A stretch of DNA of 64,000 bases from NCBI GenBank assembly GCA_035524755.1, contig DATKOD010000003.1:2206-66205 (forward strand). The letters are read 5' to 3'. This document shows positions 1 through 9,038 of this stretch, piece after piece. Numbering within the stretch: position 1 is the stretch's first letter; each line of letters opens with the position of its first letter. The stretch is from Minisyncoccota bacterium. Lineage in GTDB: Bacteria > Patescibacteriota > Minisyncoccia > 2-02-FULL-40-12 > GWA2-44-9. The notes beneath the pieces are model-generated. The model ran no database searches, was not told where the DNA came from, and was given only the letters and a program-made list of their open reading frames with translations. The position numbers and the translations under genes were made by a program.

Positions 1-478
1 CGATGGGGAGCTTCTCCTTCTGGAGTTCCTCGACGGATTCGTAGCCGCGGCCCTTCTTGACCGTGAGTTCCATCTCCAGGGTCGTCTTCTTGTCGGTCAG
101 GGTGCAGATGTGCTGGGTCGGCGTGACGATGTCCACGTCGCTGGACGTGACGATGTCGGCCGCCGTGACCGCGCCCTCGCCCTTGGCCGACAGGGTCATG
201 ATGACCGGGTCGTTGGAGTACGAGCGGCAGCGGATCTTCTTGAGGTTCAGGATGATCTGGATGATGTCCTCCTGCACGCCGGCGATGGCGCCGTACTCGT
301 GGTCCACGCCCTTGATCTTGATGGACACGATGGCCGCCCCTTCCAGGGACGACAACAGGACGCGGCGCAGCGGGTTCGCCACGGTCGCGCCGAAACCCGG
401 CATCAGCGGACTGATGTCGAACACCGCGCGGTTCCCTTCCTTCTTCACTGCCTTGATGGGATCGGGGAGCTGGATCAT
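1..478 (-). CDS. rpoA: RNA polymerase alpha subunit, N-terminal part (runs off the window start)
   Basis: Manual translation from ATG at 478 gives MIQLPDPIKAVKKEGNRAVFDISPLMPGFGATVANPLRRVLLSSLEGAA...VDHEY...GVQEDIIQIILNLKK. It follows rpsD. Confidence 0.96.
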   Translation of the reverse strand, partial: MIQLPDPIKAVKKEGNRAVFDISPLMPGFGATVANPLRRVLLSSLEGAAIVSIKIKGVDHEYGAIAGVQEDIIQIILNLKKIRCRSYSNDPVIMTLSAKGEGAVTAADIVTSSDVDIVTPTQHICTLTDKKTTLEMELTVKKGRGYESVEELQKEKLPI

Positions 479-567
479 TACGGGTGGAGCTTGTCGCGGT
501 GCGGACGCCAGATGAGGAGGTTACAGGTCGGTGGCTGGCGGCCGACAGCGCGATGAGCGCCGGTTAG

Positions 568-1209
568 TTAACGGGAATAGTATTCGATGATGGCCTGCAC
601 GTCGGCGGTCTGCACGCCCGACTCTTCCGGCACCGGTTCGCTTTTGACGGTGGCGGTCACTGCGGCGTGGTCAACGGACAGCCACGAAGGCGCGACGGTC
701 TTCGGGAACCAACGCGGCATCAGGGTCGAGAAATACGGCAGGGCTTTGGACTTCTCGCGGACACCGATGACGTCACCGATGCGGACGGTGATGGACGGGG
801 TTTTGGCGCGTGTGCCGTTCAGGGTGATGTGCCCGTGGTTGACCAGCTGGCGCGCCTGGTCGCGCGACTGCGCGACGCCCATGCGGAAGACGACGTTGTC
901 CAGGCGCGATTCCAGGGAGCGGATGACCGTGATGAACGGCGACGTCGCTTTGACCTCCAATGCGCGCTTCACCAGGGACTTCAGCGGCTTTTCGGTGAGG
1001 CGGTACATGGCGCGCACCTTCTGCTTGGAGCGCAGCTGCATGCCGAACTCGGACATCTTGCGGGGACGGCGGCTGGGGCCGTGCTGTCCCGGCGGGTACG
1101 GGCGGCGTACGATGGCCGCTTTGGGGCCGGCCGAACGCTCGCCCTTGAGGCCGAGTTTCTCGCCCAGGCGTCGTTCGATCTTCTCTTTTGGACCGGTGTA
1201 GCGTGACAT
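568..1209 (-). CDS. rpsD: 30S ribosomal protein S4
   Basis: MSRYTGP start, PPGQHG, LESRLDNVVFR, ARQLVNHGH, IIEYYSR end. Confidence 0.98.
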   Translation of the reverse strand: MSRYTGPKEKIERRLGEKLGLKGERSAGPKAAIVRRPYPPGQHGPSRRPRKMSEFGMQLRSKQKVRAMYRLTEKPLKSLVKRALEVKATSPFITVIRSLESRLDNVVFRMGVAQSRDQARQLVNHGHITLNGTRAKTPSITVRIGDVIGVREKSKALPYFSTLMPRWFPKTVAPSWLSVDHAAVTATVKSEPVPEESGVQTADVQAIIEYYSR

Positions 1210-1211
1210 AG

Positions 1212-1640
1212 TTAGACGCGGCGGGGCTTCGGCGCGCGGACGCCGTTGTGCGGCACCGGTGTCGAATCCATGAGCGAAGTGATGTTCAGTCCCGTGCCGG
1301 CGGTGCCGCGGATGGCCGATTCACGCGCCGGACCGACGCCTTTGATGACGATGCGGGCGTTGGTGAGGCCGAAGCGCTTGGCCTTCTCGATGGCGTCCTT
1401 GGCGACGAGGTTCGCGGCGTACGGCGTGGTCTTCTTGGAGCCCTTGAACCCGAGCAGTCCCGCGCTGGAGAACGCGATGACGTTGCCCGTCAGGTCGGTG
1501 ACCGCGATGAGCGTATTGTTGTACGTGATCGTGATGTGCACGATCCCGTTGAGGACCTGCTTCTTGGCCGTCTTCTTGGGCGCCGCTGCGGCGGCTTCGG
1601 TCTGGTCCCCTTCCTTGGTGATGATGCGTTTCTTGCCCAT
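1212..1640 (-). CDS. rpsK: 30S ribosomal protein S11
   Basis: YNNTLI, GFKGSKKTTPYAA, VPHNGVR. Confidence 0.98.
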   Translation of the reverse strand: MGKKRIITKEGDQTEAAAAAPKKTAKKQVLNGIVHITITYNNTLIAVTDLTGNVIAFSSAGLLGFKGSKKTTPYAANLVAKDAIEKAKRFGLTNARIVIKGVGPARESAIRGTAGTGLNITSLMDSTPVPHNGVRAPKPRRV

Positions 1641-1642
1641 GG

Positions 1643-2029
1643 TTATGTCTTGGCGTCGGACTTGATGCGGCCGGAGCCCATCGTCTTACGGACGTTGCCG
1701 CGGGTCGTGCGGCTGTTGGTGCGCGTGCGGCCGTGGACCGGCAGACGGCGCGCCAGGCGGAGCCCCTTCCAGGTGCCCAGTTCGCGGTTGTGCTTCTGGT
1801 TCGTAGCGACTTCCTTGCGCAGGTCCCCCTCGGTCTTGTAGTTCCGTTCGATGATCTTCTGGATCTTGCCCAGCTCTTCGGCGGTCAGGTCCTTGGCTTT
1901 CTTGTCGGGATCGATGCCGGCTGATTTCAAAATGATGGCCGCGTTCGACGGACCGATCCCGTAGAGGTACGGGAGGGAGAAGAGGATCTTCTTGTCGTCC
2001 GGGATTGTGACTCCGAAAATACGAGGCAT
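1643..2029 (-). CDS. rpsM: 30S ribosomal protein S13
   Basis: MPRIFGV, LYGIG, EGDLR, LPVHGRTRTNSRT. Confidence 0.97.
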   Translation of the reverse strand: MPRIFGVTIPDDKKILFSLPYLYGIGPSNAAIILKSAGIDPDKKAKDLTAEELGKIQKIIERNYKTEGDLRKEVATNQKHNRELGTWKGLRLARRLPVHGRTRTNSRTTRGNVRKTMGSGRIKSDAKT

Positions 2030-2039
2030 GAGCGTGGAA

Positions 2040-2153
2040 TTAGCCCTGACGCTGCTTATGTTTGGCGATGACGCACAGGCAATACAACCGCTTGCCGCGG
2101 CGTACGATCTTGCACTTCTTGCAAATGGGTTTTACGGATGCGCGGACTTTCAA
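2040..2153 (-). CDS. rpmJ: 50S ribosomal protein L36 (not in ORF track)
   Basis: TTG start overlaps the infA stop. Translation [37 protein letters not shown]. Confidence 0.97.
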   Translation of the reverse strand: MKVRASVKPICKKCKIVRRGKRLYCLCVIAKHKQRQG

Positions 2154-2362
2154 TTGCGATATACGATGCGGCCGCGCGCACGGTCGGGAGAGACTTCGAT
2201 GGTGACCTTGTCTCCCACCAGGACCTTGATGTAGCGCAGGCGCATCTTCCCCGCCAAGTAGGCCAGCACTACGGTGCCGTCCTCGAGCTGGACGCGGAAG
2301 GTGGTGTCAGGGAGGGCCTCGATGACCGTCCCGACCGTCTTATCTTTCTTTTGGTCGTTCAA
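2150..2362 (-). CDS. infA: Translation initiation factor IF-1
   Basis: [29 protein letters not shown]. Confidence 0.97.
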   Translation of the reverse strand: MNDQKKDKTVGTVIEALPDTTFRVQLEDGTVVLAYLAGKMRLRYIKVLVGDKVTIEVSPDRARGRIVYRN

Positions 2363-2410
2363 TAGGGATGCAACTACCGGAGGATATCCTAGCAGAGTGC
2401 GCGCTCCCTG

Positions 2411-4231
2411 TCAACGCTCCACGAAGTCGACCTGGATACGGGCGGTATCAGCGGGTAAATGGCTCACCCAGAAGGGCCGGAGCGTCAGGGTCGCCTGCTG
2501 GATGTCGTCGCGGCCCCCCACGTACTGCTGGAATGCCGCGGTATCCATGCCTTTGACCGCCGTCGCCAGTCCGGCGGCATCCACCGGGTCATAGCCGTTG
2601 CCGGTCACATCCGCGGTGAACGTGAGCTTCTGCAGGGTATCATCGTACGCGACATTGCTGAGTTTCACGGTCAGTTGGTCTGCCTGAACGTTCAGGCGGT
2701 CCTTGCGCAGGATGGTGTCGGCGATGAGCTTGTCCAGATCCGCCTGACGGAACGCGACGGTTTTGAGCGTCACCGTGGCCGTCACCGATACCGAGGCCGC
2801 CGCGTCATCAGGCTGAGCGTCCGACGTGAAGGTCGGTGTGCTTCCGGGTGCGTCGTCGGCGATGCGCATGCCGCCGGTCTGTGATTTCAGAGCATCGGCG
2901 ATGAGCGCTGCGACATCGGACGTCGCGGCGGTCTTCGCGGCGTCGTAATCCGCTTGGGTCACGACCGCTGACGGACCGTTGGCGCCACCGGACATCGGTG
3001 CCGTCGAGACGCCATAGATCTTGGCCGCACGGTCGGTGTCGCCCTTCTCCACGAATGCGGCGATGGTGAACTTCCCGGCGGCGATGTTGTAATCGGTACC
3101 CGGCTTATCGGCGATGACGCTCACCGTGACACTGCCCGGGACGGCGCTTCCCTTGACGACGGTGGAGCCGGGGACCGTGACCGTGGACAGCGTGCGGAAT
3201 ACCAGCCCGTTCGGTGCGGTGAACCGTGTCGTCGCGATGAGCGTCTGCGGCGTCGAAGAGTATCCGTTGTACACTGTGAGCGTTCCTTTCGCTTTGGACG
3301 CGACATCGCGCGAACCGGTCGCGGCGACGCTGTGCGTAGCGGATTTGGACATCTCCAGGAGCTGCCCCGGAAGGTTTCCGAACGTAGCGTCGACGGAAGC
3401 GATCGAACCGGACACCGAGACGGCGATGTGCTCATCCACGGGCTGGCTGGCAGGGGCGACCGCGATGACCGCGGAGCCTGCGGTCAGGTATACGACGATG
3501 CCCACGATGAGCACCGCGCCGATCAGGAGTGCGATGACGGTCTTTCGCGTCAACCACGCGATAGATGCTCCCGGGAATCGCAGCCGGCGGAGCGGGGATG
3601 ACCGCGGCCGTGGGACGATCGTCCCCTGCTGTGCCGCACGATCGCGCCATACCTTATCGATGTAATCGAAGCTGTCCTCGGTCGGCGATACGGCCGTGGC
3701 CGGTTTTTTGGTCCGGACCATTGCGAGGTCCGCATCCGCTTCCACCTCCTGATTGGTGACCGGTTCTTCTCCCTCGGTCCCTTCCACATGGAATCCCGGA
3801 ACGATATCGCTCTCGGCATCGGCATCATCCGGAGATGTCACCTGCTGCCGTTCATCGGAGGTCAGCGGCACGTCCTCCTCGAACGCATCCTCGCTCGGGT
3901 CCTGGATTTCCGGATCGGACGGCGGTGGATAGGTCGCCGCAGTGACGGCCTTCGGTTTGCGTACCCGCTTGGTCGTTGCGGATACCATGACATTGAACCC
4001 GTGAGCCCGTGCCCGGGCGGCGATGTCCGAGTTCGTGGTCAGGATCGAGATCGTCTTGCCGGCAGATGACGCTTCACCGGCAAAAGCGGCGAAATGGTCG
4101 TCTGAACGGAATATCTTCCCGTTCTTCGGCAGGACGAAAATCACTTCGCCGGCAGGTGCGGACCGGAAAACATCCAGAATATCAGCCAAGGAGTCGTCCT
4201 TCAGGATATTGATTATCTTGATGCCGGCCAT
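2411..4231 (-). CDS. Single-TM membrane protein with an extracytoplasmic baseplate-J-like beta domain
   Basis: 606 aa with an N-terminal alpha/beta domain, an acidic linker and one TM (VIALLIGAVLIVGIVVYL). The motifs KAKGTLTVYN...GLVFRT...ADKPGTDYNI...MSGG are typical of CPR/Chloroflexi proteins annotated baseplate J. Confidence 0.6.
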   Translation of the reverse strand: MAGIKIINILKDDSLADILDVFRSAPAGEVIFVLPKNGKIFRSDDHFAAFAGEASSAGKTISILTTNSDIAARARAHGFNVMVSATTKRVRKPKAVTAATYPPPSDPEIQDPSEDAFEEDVPLTSDERQQVTSPDDADAESDIVPGFHVEGTEGEEPVTNQEVEADADLAMVRTKKPATAVSPTEDSFDYIDKVWRDRAAQQGTIVPRPRSSPLRRLRFPGASIAWLTRKTVIALLIGAVLIVGIVVYLTAGSAVIAVAPASQPVDEHIAVSVSGSIASVDATFGNLPGQLLEMSKSATHSVAATGSRDVASKAKGTLTVYNGYSSTPQTLIATTRFTAPNGLVFRTLSTVTVPGSTVVKGSAVPGSVTVSVIADKPGTDYNIAAGKFTIAAFVEKGDTDRAAKIYGVSTAPMSGGANGPSAVVTQADYDAAKTAATSDVAALIADALKSQTGGMRIADDAPGSTPTFTSDAQPDDAAASVSVTATVTLKTVAFRQADLDKLIADTILRKDRLNVQADQLTVKLSNVAYDDTLQKLTFTADVTGNGYDPVDAAGLATAVKGMDTAAFQQYVGGRDDIQQATLTLRPFWVSHLPADTARIQVDFVER

Positions 4232-4304
4232 AGCAGTTCCTATTCACTATATATCATTGGTATCGCCATGTATACCCCTACGTCTGTGCACATAGGAAGG
4301 TTTA

Positions 4305-4333
4305 TTGACCTTATCGAAAAACTATGCTACGAT
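4305..4333 (+). promoter_or_regulatory. Sigma70-type promoter
   Basis: TTGACC (4305-4310), 17-bp spacer ending TGC, TACGAT (4328-4333). Confidence 0.7.
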
Positions 4334-4349
4334 AGCCATGGAGGCTCAG

Positions 4350-4544
4350 ATGAAACAGCGACTGTTCTTCGTCGGCAAGATTTTCGGTATCATCGCCGTC
4401 GGGGCGACCAGCGTCGCGGCATGCGCGGTTCTGATCCGGAGCGTCGCCGATGCGCAGCAGGTGCGCAGGCGGCTCGCCGGGATCTCCGAGCAGGAGCTGG
4501 CCGACCGCCTCGAGCGTGCCCACCGAGAATTCGAAATCCGCTGA
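4350..4544 (+). CDS. Small membrane protein (64 aa)
   Basis: GGAGG at 4340-4344 precedes ATG 4350. It has an N-terminal hydrophobic helix and a charged C-terminal helix, flanked by a promoter and terminator. Confidence 0.7.
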   Translation: MKQRLFFVGKIFGIIAVGATSVAACAVLIRSVADAQQVRRRLAGISEQELADRLERAHREFEIR

Positions 4545-4552
4545 CATCATCC

Positions 4553-4576
4553 GGGGAGGCATCCGCCTCCCCTTTT
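4553..4576 (+). terminator. Intrinsic terminator
   Basis: GGGGAGGC-ATCC-GCCTCCCC-TTTT. Confidence 0.75.
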
Positions 4577-7539
4577 CATACCCGCATCAGCCGACGGAGG
4601 CTGCAGTAGCGACACGTACGGTCACCGCAATACCGGTCCCAAAACGCAAGAGAGCGGATCTCGTCCGCGGCATGCATGATGTCCCCTTCCAGGGCGAGCG
4701 CCGATGAAGACGGGATATTGAACACCTCGCGGTGATATTTTCCGCGTACGTCCGGCTCGACGAAGTCGATGACCCCTTCATGCATCCGGTACTTCCCGTT
4801 CTGCCATCGGTCCAGGAGCAACTTGTAGAACGTGAGCTGACGCAGATAGTTGCCATCCCCGTCCTTCACGGCGCCGCTGATCTGGTTGCGCGACTTCGGT
4901 GTGCCGGTCTTGTAATCCACGACGCGTACGAGTCCGGATGCATCCAGGAACTCCACTTTGTCGATCTTGCCGTTGACGAGCGTTCCGTCGGCGAGTTCGA
5001 TCGCAGGGATGCGCAGCTGGTTGATGATGTTCGGGTGCCACTCTTCATGGTACCGGTCGAAATATCCCGCCAATGCTTTCCTGCCGCGCGCTGATGCAAC
5101 ATCCAAGTCGGTCGTCTGCAATGCCTGATGGCGGATGAACCCCTCGAACAAGGCGATGAGATCGTCCCGTGAGCCGGGCGACCCATGTTGCACGAAACGG
5201 TCGAAGTACTCCTGCAGCGCACGATCGACGGCATTGCCGTACATCAGTGCGAAGACGGGTGCTTCCGGAATACGGACGAGGTTCGTATAGAAATACCGCC
5301 ATGGACAGGCACGGTAGTTATTGAGCGCCGTAACGGACAATCCCTGTCGCTCGAACAGTCCGACAAGGAATTCACGGTCAGCGCTCCTGGGGACCGGTGC
5401 AGGTGCGGGGCTGAAACGGATGGAACCGTCCTTCATCCAAGCATGCTCCAGGGGCGCCGTATCGATATGAGCGACCAACGAAGGTTCGATATCCGTCAAA
5501 TACCGAGCCGGCAGCTGTTCGGCGCCGTCGGCGTCACGCTTGCTGTAACTGATGATGACTTCGCGTCTCGCCCGCGTCAGCGCGACGTAGAACAGGTTCC
5601 GTTCCTCATCATCACCGCTCACTTCCATGCCCGGCAGCCGGATGAGCTGCCGCCGCTGTCGTGAACCCCAGTGGCCGTCGACCGCATCAATGATGTACAC
5701 GTAGTCGAATTCGAGGCCTTTGCTCTTATGAGCGGTCATGACCCGCACCCGTCCGGGCATCAGTTGACCGGCACCGGAGTTCAATACGATGCCCCGATCA
5801 CGCAAAAAACGCAGATGATCGGTGAATTGCGCCAGTGTGCAGTCGCGGTCACGGAGGACCCGGGACCTGAGCATGTCGTACAGGACGTGCAGGCGGGCGA
5901 GCGTCTCGGGAGCCTCCGGCGATGCGACGATGGCCGACAGGAGCCCGGATTCCGACACGATGGCTTCCAGTGCGGCACCGGCCGTCGGTTGAGATGCGGA
6001 TCTGGACCATGAGCCCAATAACCCGGCCACGGTGCGCAAGCGGTCAGCATCGTCGATACCGGCCTGATGGAGAAGCGCCGGCGAACGCATGACGTCGTAC
6101 GGGTTACGTCCCGAGCGGCAGAACTCGGTCAACTTGTAGACATCCAACGGGTCCACGCCGAGCACCGGCGCATGGAGCGCTTCCAGAAGCGGCTGAGGGA
6201 GGCCGAAATCACGCACCGCGTCGAGGATGCGGACGAGTTGATGCACGTATGGGTCGGCGGTCAGTTCCTGTTGCGTCGACAACGAGAACGGAAGACCGAG
6301 TTTCGACAAATATACCGAGAACGCCACCGCGTCGGCGTTGTCACGAGACAGGACGGCGATCCGTTCGGGTGCCGTACCTGCGGCGATGCGCCGGGCGATA
6401 TCGGATGCGACCGTCCAGTACTGGACGTCGGGAGTCTGGAGCGTCAACAGTGAGATGGGTCGGTCGTCCAATCCTGCGCGAGCCTGAAGAGCGACGGTAC
6501 CGCTCGGACGGATGTCTTCGGCGGCATCGACGATGAGCTGGCTCGATCGGTAGTTCTGTTCGAGTTCGATGAGCTTCACGTCCGGATAGAGCCGCTTGAA
6601 ATACAGGAAGTTCTCCAGCGATGCTCCCTGGAACCGGTAGATCGCCTGCTTCGCGTCGCCGACGACGAACAGGTTCGGACGTTCCCAGAACGAAGCGAGC
6701 AGTTCGATGACTTTGTTCTGCGCGTTGTTGGTGTCTTGATGCTCGTCCACCAACAGATACTGATACCGTTCCTGCAGGGTCAGACGCAGCTGTTCATCGG
6801 ACTCCAGTGCCCGCGCGACTTCCATGACCATGTCGCTGTAGTCATACAATCCTCGGGTGCGCAGCGCTTCCTGATACCGGGCGTAGAGGCGGACGAGCTC
6901 CCGCAGTTTCGCGTTCTGCTTCAACCGCTCCTGATACGCACCCTTCATCTTCCCCTTGTAGGTGCCCTTCTCATGGTAGAGATCGTCCGCTGCATTGATG
7001 CGTGAATCCTCGGCATCAGCCAAGGACGTCAACTGTCCAGGCGCCATGCCTTCACGCTTCAGGGTATTGATGGCACCGAGGACCGCTTTCAGATACAGGT
7101 CGGGCGCATTCACCGGCCGCAACAGCTCCAGACCGTCGGTGGTATCGATGAGGTGCTGCAACAGGACCGCCTGATCGGCATCGGTCAGTGATGCCGCGCC
7201 GGCCATCGCGCCGAACGATTCGGGATAGTCTTGGATGATGCGGTTACAGTACGAATGGAACGTCGTGATGGCGACGCGGTACGCATCAGGACCGATGATG
7301 TCGCGTAATCGTCCCTTCATCTCAGCGGCACCCGATTCAGTGAACGTGAGCGCCAGGATGGCATCAGGCGGCGTGTCGGTGCGCGCAAGGATATTGGCGA
7401 TACGGAGCGTCAGAATGCTGGTTTTGCCCGTCCCCGGTCCCGCCACGACCATGACCGGACCGTCGATGGCATCGACCGCCTCGCGTTGGCGGTCATTGAG
7501 CTGCCGGTAGAGTTCTTCGAATCGCGGTGTCGTGGGCAC
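4576..7539 (-). CDS. UvrD/PcrA-family helicase fused to a C-terminal RecB-like PD-(D/E)XK nuclease
   Basis: Helicase motifs AGPGTGKT, LTFT, DEHQD, VGDAKQAIYRFQGA, NYRS, TAHKSKGLEF, YVALTRA. Nuclease motifs GKIDKVE, VDYKTG, QLTFY. Cys in ACP and CGDRTCRYC. Confidence 0.92.
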   Translation of the reverse strand: MPTTPRFEELYRQLNDRQREAVDAIDGPVMVVAGPGTGKTSILTLRIANILARTDTPPDAILALTFTESGAAEMKGRLRDIIGPDAYRVAITTFHSYCNRIIQDYPESFGAMAGAASLTDADQAVLLQHLIDTTDGLELLRPVNAPDLYLKAVLGAINTLKREGMAPGQLTSLADAEDSRINAADDLYHEKGTYKGKMKGAYQERLKQNAKLRELVRLYARYQEALRTRGLYDYSDMVMEVARALESDEQLRLTLQERYQYLLVDEHQDTNNAQNKVIELLASFWERPNLFVVGDAKQAIYRFQGASLENFLYFKRLYPDVKLIELEQNYRSSQLIVDAAEDIRPSGTVALQARAGLDDRPISLLTLQTPDVQYWTVASDIARRIAAGTAPERIAVLSRDNADAVAFSVYLSKLGLPFSLSTQQELTADPYVHQLVRILDAVRDFGLPQPLLEALHAPVLGVDPLDVYKLTEFCRSGRNPYDVMRSPALLHQAGIDDADRLRTVAGLLGSWSRSASQPTAGAALEAIVSESGLLSAIVASPEAPETLARLHVLYDMLRSRVLRDRDCTLAQFTDHLRFLRDRGIVLNSGAGQLMPGRVRVMTAHKSKGLEFDYVYIIDAVDGHWGSRQRRQLIRLPGMEVSGDDEERNLFYVALTRARREVIISYSKRDADGAEQLPARYLTDIEPSLVAHIDTAPLEHAWMKDGSIRFSPAPAPVPRSADREFLVGLFERQGLSVTALNNYRACPWRYFYTNLVRIPEAPVFALMYGNAVDRALQEYFDRFVQHGSPGSRDDLIALFEGFIRHQALQTTDLDVASARGRKALAGYFDRYHEEWHPNIINQLRIPAIELADGTLVNGKIDKVEFLDASGLVRVVDYKTGTPKSRNQISGAVKDGDGNYLRQLTFYKLLLDRWQNGKYRMHEGVIDFVEPDVRGKYHREVFNIPSSSALALEGDIMHAADEIRSLAFWDRYCGDRTCRYCSLRRLMRV

Positions 7540-7606
7540 CCTTTAGGTATAGCAAAGAAACGGCTCCTGCGTTACCATCGTGGCACGTTCTTTTCGGGGA
7601 GGTCCC

Positions 7607-8098
7607 ATGGAAGAAGTGCGAGTCAAGCTCGTGTTGTTCGCCGGTGAAGAGAATGACCGTATCGCGGTCTTCGACGAAGTCGGCGGATCGCGCCGTTGCA
7701 CGATCCGACTGCGGGAGCAGTTCTTCCAGACGCTCGCGGACATCTTCTTCAACCCGGGGGAACCGTACCTCGGACCGGAGTTCGCGGTACGGATGCTGCA
7801 GCGTGCGGGCGTCGCCGTCGACTCCATCGCGCTCTCCGTCGTCGACCGAGAGACGGGCACGGTGCGGTATGCGGTCTCGCTGCGACAGGGCAGCATGTCG
7901 TGGACGACCGATGCGTTCTCGCTCGATGCGTTCGGGTTCTCGATCGTCAGCGGCGTTCCCGTCAGCATGACCGAGGCCGACTTCGTGTTCCTCATGGAGT
8001 ACAGCTGCATGGTCGACGAGCATCCCGAACCCGAGGAGCTGCGCACCGCGGAGCACCTCGCCCGGGATCTCCCCAAGGACAAGCTCGGTCAGGCGTGA
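7607..8098 (+). CDS. Hypothetical protein, possible divergent bifunctional-nuclease (DUF151) domain
   Basis: GGAGG precedes ATG 7607. The 163-aa length and pattern (MEEVRV...FDEVGGSRRCTI...TDAFSLDA...VPVSMTE) resemble DUF151, but the core motifs are degenerate. Confidence 0.5.
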   Translation: MEEVRVKLVLFAGEENDRIAVFDEVGGSRRCTIRLREQFFQTLADIFFNPGEPYLGPEFAVRMLQRAGVAVDSIALSVVDRETGTVRYAVSLRQGSMSWTTDAFSLDAFGFSIVSGVPVSMTEADFVFLMEYSCMVDEHPEPEELRTAEHLARDLPKDKLGQA

Positions 8099-9036
8099 AC
8101 AGCCATCAGAGCGCGGATTTCGTCCGCGCTCTTCTTTTCCATCAACTGCGCGCGCAGTTCTGCCGCGCCGGGCCAGCCGGATATGTACATCTTGAAGAAT
8201 TTCTTCATCAGGGCGAACGACTTGATGCCATCCCACTGCGCCAGCCATAGGTCAATGTGCTCTCGGAGCAGGGCGATGCGTTCTTCCGGCGTATGTTCCC
8301 GCACGTCCGGACTGAACATCCACGGGTCGTGGAATATTCCCCTGCCGACCATGAGACCGTCGACGCCGTGCTCGCGCGCCAGTGACTGTCCCTGGAGTCG
8401 GCTCATGATGTCACCGTTGCCGACGCACAAGACACCGACATCGTGCGCCATCGCCGCCGCGCGACCGATGAGGTCCCAATGCGCGGGAACGGCGCTCATT
8501 TCCTTCATCGTCCGACCGTGCACGACGAGCACGTCGGGCTTTGCCGCCAAAACCGCTGGAATCCACGTATCCATTTCGTCGGTCGCATACAATCCGAGAC
8601 GCGTCTTCACCACGACCGGTAGATCGCCGGCGCCATCCCGCAGTGCGGCGATGAGCTCGCGCGCACGGCCCGGATCCTTGGCCAACGCGATACCGGCGCC
8701 CTGTTTGACGACGGCGCGGTCGGGACATCCCATGTTGATGTCTACGCCGTCGAAGCCGAGGTCGCGCGCGGTCACGGCAGCGGCATGCATGTATTCGGGT
8801 TCTGTACCGAAGAATTGAGCGACGATAGGATGATCGGACGCGGTAAGCGTCAGATCCTGCAGCAGTCGCGCGCGGCCGACGGACGCCAAACCGTGCGCCG
8901 ACACGAATTCGGTGTAGAACACGTCGGGACGTCCGCAGCGGGTGACGATGGCACGGAACGGCGCATCGGTGACATCGGCCATCGGCGCCAGCACGAAGAA
9001 CGGCCGTGGCAATTCGTCCCAGAATCCGTGGACCAT
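8089..9036 (-). CDS. dus: tRNA-dihydrouridine synthase
   Basis: LAPMADVTD, DINMGCP, VKTRLG, VHGRT, GNGDI, MVGRG. Confidence 0.95.
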   Translation of the reverse strand: MVHGFWDELPRPFFVLAPMADVTDAPFRAIVTRCGRPDVFYTEFVSAHGLASVGRARLLQDLTLTASDHPIVAQFFGTEPEYMHAAAVTARDLGFDGVDINMGCPDRAVVKQGAGIALAKDPGRARELIAALRDGAGDLPVVVKTRLGLYATDEMDTWIPAVLAAKPDVLVVHGRTMKEMSAVPAHWDLIGRAAAMAHDVGVLCVGNGDIMSRLQGQSLAREHGVDGLMVGRGIFHDPWMFSPDVREHTPEERIALLREHIDLWLAQWDGIKSFALMKKFFKMYISGWPGAAELRAQLMEKKSADEIRALMAVHA

Positions 9037-9038
9037 GG

